From the NCBI RefSeq assembly GCF_000260965.1, contig NC_017856.1, positions 2,520,001 through 2,552,000 on the forward strand: a DNA stretch of 32,000 bases, given 5' to 3'. Under the pieces are notes generated by a model. It searched no databases. It worked only from the letters and a program-made list of their open reading frames with translations, and was not told the origin of the DNA. The translations under genes were made by a program, and so were the position numbers. This document shows positions 1 to 7,744 of this stretch, one piece after another. This stretch comes from Methylophaga frappieri (GTDB lineage: Bacteria; Pseudomonadota; Gammaproteobacteria; Nitrosococcales; Methylophagaceae). Each line of letters opens with the position of its first letter. The stretch's first letter is position 1.

Positions 1-1499
1 AGATAGGATTGACCCTCACCAACGACGATCGCTTGCTCAAACAGGGGATCCTGTAACAAGGCATTTTCGATGTCTGACGGCGGAAATTTCTCGCCATTGC
101 TTAACACTAGAATATCCTTGATGCGACCAGTAATGTGGATATAACCCTGTTCGTCACACTTTGCCTGATCCCCAGTATGCAGCCAGCCATCGACATCAAT
201 CGTTTGGGCAGTGGCTTTATGATTATTCCAATAGCCCAGCATTTTTCCTGGACCATCAACGAGTAGTTCCTGATTTTCTGGGTCGATTTTGGTGGTGACA
301 CCTGGGATCGGCGGGCCAACACTTTGCGGACGGTTTTTTTCAGGCGGATTAACGCTGATAATCGGGCTGGTTTCAGTCAGTCCGTAGCCTTGTATCAGTC
401 GTAACTGGAGTCCGATAAACAGTTTTGCCGCATAGCCGGGCAAAGCAGCGCCTCCACTGACGGCTAATCGTAGACGCCCACCGAGACGTTGCAGGAATTT
501 GTCCGCAATTTTATTTCCTAATATCGGCCAAAGTATTTGAATCACATGCCAGTTAGCTTGCTTTTGTTGCCATAAAAATCGTCGCCATCCGGCGTGAATC
601 ACTAGTTTGAATAAACATTTTTGAAACCAGGACTTTGTCGCTAATTGCTGGTTTAGTTGTGCAGAAAAACGTTCGAAAAGCCGTGGTACAGCTATCAGGA
701 TAGTCGGTTTTACTTGCCGTAAATCGTCCGGCAATTTTGCTACTCCCCGCGAGTAGGTAACGCTGGCACCAGCCATCATGGGTAGATAATAACCACCCGT
801 GCGTTCCAAGGTATGTGATAAGGGGAGGAAGGAGAGAAACACATCATCATGAAAAACATCAAAAAACTGCAGCGCACCATAGGCTACTGAGAGCATGTTT
901 TGATGACTGAGCATGACGCCTTTAGGCCGTCCCGTGGTGCCCGAAGTATAGATAATGGAAGCTAATTTATAGCCATCCAAATCTTTTCTAATCAGCGTTT
1001 GGTGTGGATAACGGTCTAACCATCTGTCGCTATCCAAAACAGCAATATCGCCTTCTTCATCTTTTTCCAAATTTAGAATGACCACTTTTTCAATGGCATG
1101 TTGTTCTGTCAAAGCAGACTTTAGCTGTTGCCATTGTCGTTTTGATTGAAGTAACAGGATTTTGCTGTCCGTTTGCTCCAAAATATAGGCCATATTGTCC
1201 GGCCGATCTTCAGGATAAAGCGGCACAGTGACTAGCCCCAGACTCATCGCTGCAATGTCGAAGTAAACCCACTCTGGGCAATTACGCAGATTTAATGCGA
1301 CGCGCTCACCCGGAGTTAGTCCTGCCGAAGCGAGTGCGCGCTGCCATCGACTAATCTGCTCAGCTGTTTGTTGCCAGGTGAGACTGTGCCAACGCTGACT
1401 CGCTGCATCAAAATACTGGTACGCTGTGTTATCGGGACAACGCGCCAAACGTTCAAAGAAAAGACCAGGTAAACTGCCCGCAACGTCAGGGGCAATCAC
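1..1499 (-). CDS. Long-chain acyl-CoA synthetase (AMP-forming, FadD/COG1022-like); C-terminal ~100 aa lie beyond the window edge
   Basis: Absent from the ORF track because it has no ATG start and no stop inside the window. My codon-by-codon minus-strand translation of 1499->1 is one open frame. It reads (V)IAPDVAGSLPGLFFERLARCPDNTAYQYF..., then ASIIYTSGTTGRPKGVMLSH (AMP-binding P-loop, ~nt 915-960), LIQGYGLTETSP, DGWLHTGD and ITGRIKDILVLSNGEKF. The likely start is GTG at 1497-1499, preceded by AGG; an alternative GTG sits at 1530-1532. The track ORF 107..322 is an off-frame shadow of this gene. Confidence 0.85.
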   Translation of the reverse strand, partial: MIAPDVAGSLPGLFFERLARCPDNTAYQYFDAASQRWHSLTWQQTAEQISRWQRALASAGLTPGERVALNLRNCPEWVYFDIAAMSLGLVTVPLYPEDRPDNMAYILEQTDSKILLLQSKRQWQQLKSALTEQHAIEKVVILNLEKDEEGDIAVLDSDRWLDRYPHQTLIRKDLDGYKLASIIYTSGTTGRPKGVMLSHQNMLSVAYGALQFFDVFHDDVFLSFLPLSHTLERTGGYYLPMMAGASVTYSRGVAKLPDDLRQVKPTILIAVPRLFERFSAQLNQQLATKSWFQKCLFKLVIHAGWRRFLWQQKQANWHVIQILWPILGNKIADKFLQRLGGRLRLAVSGGAALPGYAAKLFIGLQLRLIQGYGLTETSPIISVNPPEKNRPQSVGPPIPGVTTKIDPENQELLVDGPGKMLGYWNNHKATAQTIDVDGWLHTGDQAKCDEQGYIHITGRIKDILVLSNGEKFPPSDIENALLQDPLFEQAIVVGEGQSY

Positions 1500-1516
1500 A
1501 TCTACCTGTGTTGGGT

Positions 1517-2803
1517 TTAATTGAGTATCCACCGCATTTGTACCGCAAACAGGTCAATATGGGTCTGATAAGTCCCATTTAGTCGGTAGCCATTATCGTT
1601 CACATCATCAATGTGGCTGTCTGACACAAATAAATGCGCGTAGGCAGCGTCGATCTTGATATTTTCATTGTAAGAATAGGTCGCACCAAACGCTAGCCAT
1701 TTACGATTTTGATCTGGAATTCTGGGGGTGCGTAATGTGCTGTCAGGAACCGGCGTTTCGTCATAAGCAATGCCGGCGCGCCATTGCCATTGGTTACCAG
1801 GCGTATACTCTATTCCGATACCGTAGCGCATGGTGTCATCCCAATCTTGCGTTTTTTCACTGTTCAAGGCCACAACAGGGGAGTCAATAATCAAGGCATC
1901 AAACCGGCTCCAACGCGTCCAGGTGGCATCGGCCATGATCGCCCAGTTTGAATTAAACTGATGATGCAATGCCAATGACACAATTTCAGGTAACGTCACA
2001 CTGCCAGATATTTTACCGTTTTCTGCGCCACCGGCAGCAGCAATAGGTTCAGCACCGGATGGAATTCGAAATTTTCCGTCTCCTTCTAAATCATGCTTTA
2101 TCTTGGAGCGATAACTCAAGCCAAGTCGGGTTTTTGGTGTGAACTGATAAGTCAGGCCAAGGTTGAATCCCCAAGCCCAATCATCACCCAAGACTTTGGC
2201 CTGACCATCCAGCATCTGAGATTGCCCAATAGCCGCGCCAAAATCAACAGCCTGAGATAGCTCAATATCGGCGTATTGCAAACTGATACCAGCTCCTAAA
2301 GCTAATTTTTCAGTGGCCTGAAAGGCAATGGAAGGATTAATGTTGACCGTTTTTAAATCTGATTTTCGAGCATGATAGCGACCAATCCAGTTGTCGTGAT
2401 AATCGGTCACTAAACCAAAAGGTGAGGTGATGCCTATGCCTGCTGTCCATCCATTGCCCAGAGGGTGGACATAATACAGATTTGGCAAAATGGCATTTTC
2501 ACCCGGATCCCCCCCATCAGCCCCAGTCAATGCGCTGCCGTCGGGGAGACTTGAATCGGCATTATCAAAATCAACGGTTGGCGCAATGTAATTCAAACCC
2601 AGTGCCATCTCACGTTGTTCAAGCGCTGCCATGCCAGCAGGGTTGAAAAAAATAGTGCTCGCATCATCGGCAACTGCCGCGCTGCCAGAAAAGGCACGAC
2701 CAAGGCCAGTCACACTCTGTTCTATCAGCGCATAACCGGCGGCACTGGCTTGACTTGCCCCCAGAGAAAACAATAAAAATAAACTTAATTTAGACAATGA
2801 CAT
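1517..2803 (-). CDS. fadL: Long-chain fatty acid outer-membrane transporter (FadL/OMPP1/TodX family)
   Basis: The track ORF start at 2812 is a TTG; the first ATG is at 2801-2803. The signal peptide MSLSKLSLFLLFSLGASQASA is followed by AGYALIEQSVTGLGRAFSGSAAVADDASTIFFNPAGMA. That matches the FadL hatch-domain N-terminus (mature E. coli FadL begins AGFQLNEFSSSGLGRAYSG). The size, ~430 aa, is typical. Confidence 0.9.
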   Translation of the reverse strand: MSLSKLSLFLLFSLGASQASAAGYALIEQSVTGLGRAFSGSAAVADDASTIFFNPAGMAALEQREMALGLNYIAPTVDFDNADSSLPDGSALTGADGGDPGENAILPNLYYVHPLGNGWTAGIGITSPFGLVTDYHDNWIGRYHARKSDLKTVNINPSIAFQATEKLALGAGISLQYADIELSQAVDFGAAIGQSQMLDGQAKVLGDDWAWGFNLGLTYQFTPKTRLGLSYRSKIKHDLEGDGKFRIPSGAEPIAAAGGAENGKISGSVTLPEIVSLALHHQFNSNWAIMADATWTRWSRFDALIIDSPVVALNSEKTQDWDDTMRYGIGIEYTPGNQWQWRAGIAYDETPVPDSTLRTPRIPDQNRKWLAFGATYSYNENIKIDAAYAHLFVSDSHIDDVNDNGYRLNGTYQTHIDLFAVQMRWILN

Positions 2804-2872
2804 GGCGCGCAAATCTCGAAAAAAGGTAAGGTATTCGCCTAACCTAATCCAAGCGATCTGTCAGTGCAAGCT

Positions 2873-3562
2873 TTAATTGCATTTTTCGAATAATAAATCC
2901 CAGACGCCATGCCCTAGCCGATGACCACGTTGTTCGAACTTTGTGATGGGGCGATAGTCCGGGCGTGGAATAAAACCATCGTCGTTACCAAGGTTTTTAA
3001 AATTCGGGGATGCTCCTAAATCCTGCAACATTTGTTCAGCATAATCTTGCCAATCTGTTGCCAGATGGATCTGTCCCTCAGGAGATAATTTGCTGGAAAT
3101 AAGTCGAATAAAATCGGGTTGGATAATACGTCGTTTGTGGTGACGTTTTTTATGCCATGGATCCGGAAAATAGAGTTGAACACGTTGCAATGCGGCATCC
3201 GCAATGCGTTCACGTAACAAAACAACCGCATCCATACAAGCAACACGAACATTGCTGAGATCAAGCTCATGAATCGACTTTAATAGTTGGCCAACGCCGG
3301 GACGGTGCACTTCGACACCGATAAAGTCAAAGTCAGGTTGTGCCGCCGCCATTTGAGCCAGGGAGGCACCATTGCCAAAACCAATTTCCAGTACTTTGGG
3401 GTTATCACGACCAAACAAGCCGGGTAAATCCAGTTGCTGACCAACTTCATCGATACCCCATGTTGCCCAATGCGCATCCAATGCTTTTTGTTGTCCGGGT
3501 GTCAGGCGTCCTTCGCGTCGTACAAATGAGCGTATTTCGCGCCGATAAACGTTATCATGCAT
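2873..3562 (-). CDS. trmB: tRNA (guanine-N7)-methyltransferase
   Basis: 229-aa ORF with an ATG start. It has the SAM-binding EIGFGNGASL motif, GVEVHRPGV, and the diagnostic YFPDPWHKKRHHKRRI motif. Confidence 0.93.
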   Translation of the reverse strand: MHDNVYRREIRSFVRREGRLTPGQQKALDAHWATWGIDEVGQQLDLPGLFGRDNPKVLEIGFGNGASLAQMAAAQPDFDFIGVEVHRPGVGQLLKSIHELDLSNVRVACMDAVVLLRERIADAALQRVQLYFPDPWHKKRHHKRRIIQPDFIRLISSKLSPEGQIHLATDWQDYAEQMLQDLGASPNFKNLGNDDGFIPRPDYRPITKFEQRGHRLGHGVWDLLFEKCN

Positions 3563-3763
3563 TCTAAAGTCTCTTTAATCAGACGCTTTTTCAGGGCGTC
3601 AAAAAGTCGCTTATGATACCTGAACTGGTTCGTGGCTGCAGGCTGGCAGAGTGCGATGATGGCTGGTTGGTACCTGATGAGAAAATCGACTTTCAGTGGG
3701 CTTGAAATTTGCTGTTTATGACTGCGATGATTGCTTTGATCGTGCCAAATTCTTTGTCAGCAG

Positions 3764-3789
3764 CTATAATTACGCCTCTGTCATGACAG
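3764..3789 (+). promoter_or_regulatory. Candidate edd promoter -10 (TATAAT, 3764-3769) with a perfect 12-bp palindrome CTGTCATGACAG (3778-3789) at the expected +1 region
   Basis: A consensus TATAAT lies ~112 nt upstream of the edd ATG. The -35 is weak (TGCCAA at 3741-3746, 17-nt spacer). The palindrome was read directly. No regulator can be assigned from the sequence. Confidence 0.3.
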
Positions 3790-3880
3790 TTCTAATGGAT
3801 TAACGCTGCTGCATTGTACGAGTAAGTGGCCTCAGAATCCGCCACTTCGATAACACTAAAGAGTTACGAGAGAGAGTAAT

Positions 3881-5704
3881 ATGGTTCACCCGGTATTAGA
3901 TTCGCTCACCAATGAAGTGATTGAGCGCAGTAAAAAACACCGTTCAGCATACTTGGCCAGAGTTAACGAAGCGGCAAATAAAGGCCCGCATCGTCTGACT
4001 TTGGGGTGTGGTAACTTGGCTCATGGTTTTGCCGCATGCCCAGCCTCGGAGAAAGACGATCTGGCTGCTGGTGCCAAGGCCAATATTGGTATTATTACGT
4101 CTTACAACGACATGCTTTCAGCGCATGAGCCGTATAAAGATTTTCCTCAGCTTATCAAGGAAGCCGCACGCGAAGCAGGTGGTGTGGCTCAAGTAGCCGG
4201 TGGTGTACCGGCTATGTGTGATGGCGTCACTCAAGGTCAGCCAGGCATGGATTTGTCCTTGTTCAGCCGAGATGTGATTGCCATGTCAACCGCGGTTGGC
4301 CTTAGCCATAACATGTTTGACGCGGCGATGATGCTTGGCGTCTGTGACAAAATTGTTCCTGGTTTGCTGATTGGGGCGCTGAGTTTTGGCCATTTGCCAA
4401 CTATTTTTGTGCCAGCAGGGCCGATGCCAAGTGGCCTGCCAAATAAAGAAAAAGTGCGCATTCGTCAGCTCTATGCGGAAGGCAAGGTGGGTCGTGATGA
4501 GTTATTAAAAGCCGAGTCAGAATCTTATCACAGCCCTGGTACATGCACATTTTACGGTACTGCAAACAGTAATCAAATGATGGTCGAGATCATGGGCTTG
4601 CACTTGCCTGGCGGCACCTTCATTAATCCAAATACGCCATTGCGTGATGAGTTGACCAAAGAAGCGACCAGACAAATTCTCAAATTTACCGAGTTTGGTA
4701 ATGATTATCGTCCGATTGGGCATATGATCGATGAAAAGGCGATTTTGAATGCCATTGTTGGTCTGTTAGCGACCGGCGGGTCGACTAATCACACGATGCA
4801 TATCGTAGCGGTCGCTCGTGCGGCAGGTATTTTGATTAATTGGGATGATTTTGACCGTTTATCTCAAATTATTCCGCAGATGAGTAAGGTTTATCCAAAC
4901 GGTAGTGCCGATGTAAACCATTTTCAGGCTGCTGGGGGTATGGGCGTGCTGATTGGTGAGTTGATCTCAGCGGGCTTATTGCACGAAGACATTATCACCG
5001 TTGCTGACCAGAAAGGGCTGAAAAACTATACCAGAGAGCCGAAGCTTATTGATGGCAAGTTAGTTTGGCAGGATGCGCCGGAAAAATCTCTCGACTTGGA
5101 AGTGATTGGGAGTGTCGCGAATCCGTTTGCCAAAACTGGTGGTGTCCACGTTATCAAAGGTAACTTGGGTCGTGGTGTTTCAAAAATCTCTGCGGTAGAA
5201 CCAAAACATCGCGTTGTCGAGGCGCCAGCCATGGTTTTCGATGATCAAGATGATGCCGTTGCGGCCTTTAAGCGGGGCGAGCTGGAAAAAGATGTGATTG
5301 TTGTGCTGCGCTTCCAGGGTCCTAAATCAAATGGTATGCCAGAACTGCACAAATTAAGTTCGCCACTCGGGGTATTACAGGATCGTGGATTTAAAGTTGC
5401 GCTGGTTACTGATGGCCGGATGTCAGGCGCATCCGGTAAAGTGCCTTCTGCCATTCAAATGTGCCCTGAGTCAGCGGAAGGTGGTCCGCTTACCCGTCTG
5501 AAAGATGGCGATATGATTCATCTCGATACCGAAAAAGGCATTATGAATGTGTTGGTTGATGACAATGAATTCAATGCCCGTATGTCATGCATGATGGCAA
5601 ACACAGAACACCATTATGGTTGTGGTCGTGAGCTGTTTGACAGCTTCCGTGCCGGCGTCTCCTCAGCAGAAGAGGGCGCGATCAATATGTTTAATGTCGA
5701 ATAA
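3881..5704 (+). CDS. edd: Phosphogluconate dehydratase (Entner-Doudoroff)
   Basis: 607 aa, IlvD/Edd family. The N-terminus ...[12 protein letters not shown]...[15 protein letters not shown] and the ~605-aa length fit Edd rather than IlvD. It is followed 15 nt later by eda. Confidence 0.93.
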   Translation: MVHPVLDSLTNEVIERSKKHRSAYLARVNEAANKGPHRLTLGCGNLAHGFAACPASEKDDLAAGAKANIGIITSYNDMLSAHEPYKDFPQLIKEAAREAGGVAQVAGGVPAMCDGVTQGQPGMDLSLFSRDVIAMSTAVGLSHNMFDAAMMLGVCDKIVPGLLIGALSFGHLPTIFVPAGPMPSGLPNKEKVRIRQLYAEGKVGRDELLKAESESYHSPGTCTFYGTANSNQMMVEIMGLHLPGGTFINPNTPLRDELTKEATRQILKFTEFGNDYRPIGHMIDEKAILNAIVGLLATGGSTNHTMHIVAVARAAGILINWDDFDRLSQIIPQMSKVYPNGSADVNHFQAAGGMGVLIGELISAGLLHEDIITVADQKGLKNYTREPKLIDGKLVWQDAPEKSLDLEVIGSVANPFAKTGGVHVIKGNLGRGVSKISAVEPKHRVVEAPAMVFDDQDDAVAAFKRGELEKDVIVVLRFQGPKSNGMPELHKLSSPLGVLQDRGFKVALVTDGRMSGASGKVPSAIQMCPESAEGGPLTRLKDGDMIHLDTEKGIMNVLVDDNEFNARMSCMMANTEHHYGCGRELFDSFRAGVSSAEEGAINMFNVE

Positions 5705-5719
5705 TTCAGGAAGGTAATC

Positions 5720-6352
5720 ATGAGCAGAACGATTCATGACATTATGAAGGTCTCACCGATTGTCCCGGTGATGGTCATCAATGATGTCAAACATGCGGTA
5801 CCACTTGCTAAAGCCTTGGTAAAAGGTGGCTTAAAAGTGTTGGAAATCACCTTACGAACAGACGCAGCACTGGAGTCGATTCGCCAAATTAAAGCGGAAG
5901 TACCTGATGCAATCGTCGGTGCCGGTACGATTATCAATATTGAAACGCTGAATGCGGCTATTGATGCCGGTGCAGAATTTATTGTCAGCCCGGGAACGAC
6001 AGAGACACTCATTGACGCGGCATTGAAAACAGGTGTGCCATTGTTGCCCGGTGTGGCTAACCCGAGTGAAGCAATGCGTTTGCTGGAAAAAGGCATAACA
6101 GCAATGAAATTTTTCCCTGCTGAAGCCGCAGGTGGGGTACCGATGTTGAAATCAATTGGTGCGCCAATTCCTCAGATTACCTTTTGTCCAACAGGTGGTG
6201 TTAGTCAGAAAAATGTTAAGGATTACTACCGTCTGAAAAATGTCGCTTGTGTAGGCGGATCCTGGATGTGTACGGCCAGTCTGGTTGATGCAGAAAACTG
6301 GGAAGAAATTACCCGCTTAGCCTCGGAAGCAATTGAGCTGGCAACCGCGTAA
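5720..6352 (+). CDS. eda: KDPG / KHG aldolase
   Basis: 210 aa. Motifs include PVMVINDV, LEITLRT, GAGTI, the Schiff-base lysine context AMKFFPAEAAGG, and FCPTGGV. An AGGAAGG Shine-Dalgarno sits just upstream. Confidence 0.92.
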   Translation: MSRTIHDIMKVSPIVPVMVINDVKHAVPLAKALVKGGLKVLEITLRTDAALESIRQIKAEVPDAIVGAGTIINIETLNAAIDAGAEFIVSPGTTETLIDAALKTGVPLLPGVANPSEAMRLLEKGITAMKFFPAEAAGGVPMLKSIGAPIPQITFCPTGGVSQKNVKDYYRLKNVACVGGSWMCTASLVDAENWEEITRLASEAIELATA

Positions 6353-6368
6353 GCTGATACTTTCATGC

Positions 6369-6400
6369 AAAAAAAAGCCCCGAAAGTCGGGGCTTTTTTG
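6369..6400. terminator. Bidirectional rho-independent terminator shared by eda (+) and the csp gene (-)
   Basis: The sequence is AAAAAAAAGCCCCGA-AAG-TCGGGGCTTTTTTG. It forms an 8-bp GC-rich stem with a 3-nt loop, flanked by an A-run on one side and a T-run on the other. Confidence 0.8.
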
Positions 6401-6418
6401 TATCCGTTGCAGTAAAAA

Positions 6419-6622
6419 TTACAGCGCAACGATATTTTCTGCTTGAGGGCCTTTAGCACCTTGCGTCACAGTGAATGAAACGCGTTGACCTTCGCTCAGT
6501 GTTTTAAAGCCTTCGCCTTGGATTTGGCGAAAATGTGCGAAAACGTCTGGACCATTTTCTTGCTCAATAAATCCAAAACCTTTTGCTTCGTTAAACCATT
6601 TAACGGTACCAGTAGCTGACAT
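6419..6622 (-). CDS. Cold-shock protein, CspA family
   Basis: 67 aa: [31 protein letters not shown]... It has the RNP1 (KGFGFI) and RNP2 (VFAHF) motifs. About 170-230 nt of non-coding leader lies upstream. Confidence 0.93.
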   Translation of the reverse strand: MSATGTVKWFNEAKGFGFIEQENGPDVFAHFRQIQGEGFKTLSEGQRVSFTVTQGAKGPQAENIVAL

Positions 6623-6854
6623 AAATCGTGTCCTGTTTAAATCTTTAATAAAATGCCTTTGCAGGCGATAACGCTGAAAGTGACGCGGGGTTTTTGAAGA
6701 CAGGACGATAACCGTTTAGGAGTAACGCTAAAAAGAAAACATCGAACGTGCAGTCAAAAATATAGCTGAACTTGCAGGTGAATTAAGCCTATAGCGCTTT
6801 GCCACGAAAGTCAAAGAATATTTAACGTGGCGCGCTAGCGACGGTTCAATAAAA

Positions 6855-7214
6855 TTATTTCTTCTTTTTTGACGATTTTTTAGATTTTTTCTTTTTGTCT
6901 TTTTTATCTGTTTTTTTGTTTGTCGTCTTTTCGGACTTTTTTACCTTCTTCTTATTTTTTTTGGATTTTTCCGCGACGTTTTCATTGAGGTGGCTAAAGC
7001 AATTCAGTTGGCGTGTTCGAAACCGGCCTTGCCAATAACGCACTTGCGATATAGTCAGGCCCGTTGCATCTGCTGCAGCTGACTGTGTCACTCCATCTGC
7101 AAGCACCAATATTGCTTTGGCTCGAGGCGCATCCGGTGTGGCGGTCTCAGACAATTTGATTAAGGCTTTGCGCTCTTTTTTGCTGATAGATAATAACGCG
7201 CTTGATTCAGTCAC
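6855..7214 (-). CDS. Small helix-turn-helix protein (IS630/homeodomain-like HTH) with a ~45-aa polylysine C-terminal tail
   Basis: The HTH reads ...LSISKKERKALIKLSETATPDAPRAKAILVLADGVTQSAAADATGLTISQVRYWQGRFRTRQL. The tail reads EKSKKNKKKVKKSEKTTNKKTDKKDKKKKSKKSSKKKK. My preferred start is GTG at 7212-7214, which has a strong AGGGAG Shine-Dalgarno 6 nt upstream. The track ATG start at 7325 sits inside the terminator hairpin of the upstream gene. Confidence 0.55.
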   Translation of the reverse strand: MTESSALLSISKKERKALIKLSETATPDAPRAKAILVLADGVTQSAAADATGLTISQVRYWQGRFRTRQLNCFSHLNENVAEKSKKNKKKVKKSEKTTNKKTDKKDKKKKSKKSSKKKK

Positions 7215-7317
7215 GGGCGGCTCCCTATGTGAATGATGCAAAGACTTATCATGCGATGCCGAGCCAGAAAAGGCAATAAGACCAGATAAACACTTTGAGT
7301 AAATTGACTGAAATAAA

Positions 7318-7345
7318 AAAGGCATCCTGAGATGCCTTTGTTGGG
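7318..7345 (-). terminator. Rho-independent terminator of the cupin gene
   Basis: Read on the minus strand: AAAGGCATC-TCAG-GATGCCTTT followed by TTTATTT. This is a perfect 9-bp stem with a 4-nt loop. It lies just downstream of the cupin stop codon (7347-7349). Confidence 0.8.
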
Positions 7346-7346
7346 T

Positions 7347-7622
7347 TTAGTCGTAGTGGTAATGTTTTTTCAGTGTTTTGGTCACTTTCCACATACTTTT
7401 CAGACCGGTTGGGAATTCAACATAGTCACCAGGGACAATCGTTACCGGACTACCACCATCCGGAGTGACTACAATTTCACCTTCCAGAATGTAAGCCTTT
7501 TCGGTTTCGTCAAAATCGAGGCGAAATTCAGTAACGGGGCAATCCCAAATATCCCAGCCTGGCACACCCATTTCTTGTAGCTGTGCTTCGCTGAGGTTTT
7601 TTACAATCTTGATTTCTGGCAT
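7347..7622 (-). CDS. Small cupin-domain protein (cupin_3 / DUF861-like)
   Basis: 91 aa. The pattern ...LQEMGVPGWDIWDCPVTEFRLDFDETEKAYILEGEIVVTPDGGSPVTIVPGDYVEFPTGLKSMWKVTKTLKKHY matches the single-domain cupin_3 family as I remember it. Confidence 0.75.
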   Translation of the reverse strand: MPEIKIVKNLSEAQLQEMGVPGWDIWDCPVTEFRLDFDETEKAYILEGEIVVTPDGGSPVTIVPGDYVEFPTGLKSMWKVTKTLKKHYHYD

Positions 7623-7744
7623 AGCATTCTCTTCAATTAAAAAATGTTTCTGCTGTTAAGCAGGTCTAGATGACGGCAAGATAATAGCAAATGTTACCTG
7701 CGTCGGTGCTGAAATGCGTCAGAAATAAGTTTGCATGGTGACGA

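Noticed and set aside
107-322. 71-aa minus-strand ORF listed in the track
   Set aside because: It is out of frame with, and wholly inside, the acyl-CoA synthetase frame that I translated continuously from 1499 to 1. Its sequence has no recognisable motifs.
3016-3567. Three short ORFs (3016..3270 -, 3280..3477 -, 3340..3567 +) overlapping trmB
   Set aside because: They are alternative-frame or antisense shadows of a gene with unambiguous TrmB motifs. They have no Shine-Dalgarno sequences or motifs of their own.
3613-3714. 33-codon ATG ORF (MIPELVRGCRLAECDDGWLVPDEKIDFQWA) in the trmB-edd intergenic region
   Set aside because: It has no Shine-Dalgarno sequence and no recognisable family, it is short, and it lies in a divergent promoter region. 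I cannot distinguish it from chance.
6855-6970. Reading the T-rich low-complexity tract as purely non-coding (an UP-element or curved DNA for the csp promoter) rather than a coding polylysine tail
   Set aside because: Not fully rejected. I kept the coding call because the tract is in frame with a recognisable HTH domain and runs uninterrupted to a TAA. The alternative is recorded in the refutation criteria of the finding.
7332-7580. 82-aa plus-strand ORF
   Set aside because: It is antisense to the cupin gene, which has a good family match. Its start lies within the cupin terminator hairpin.
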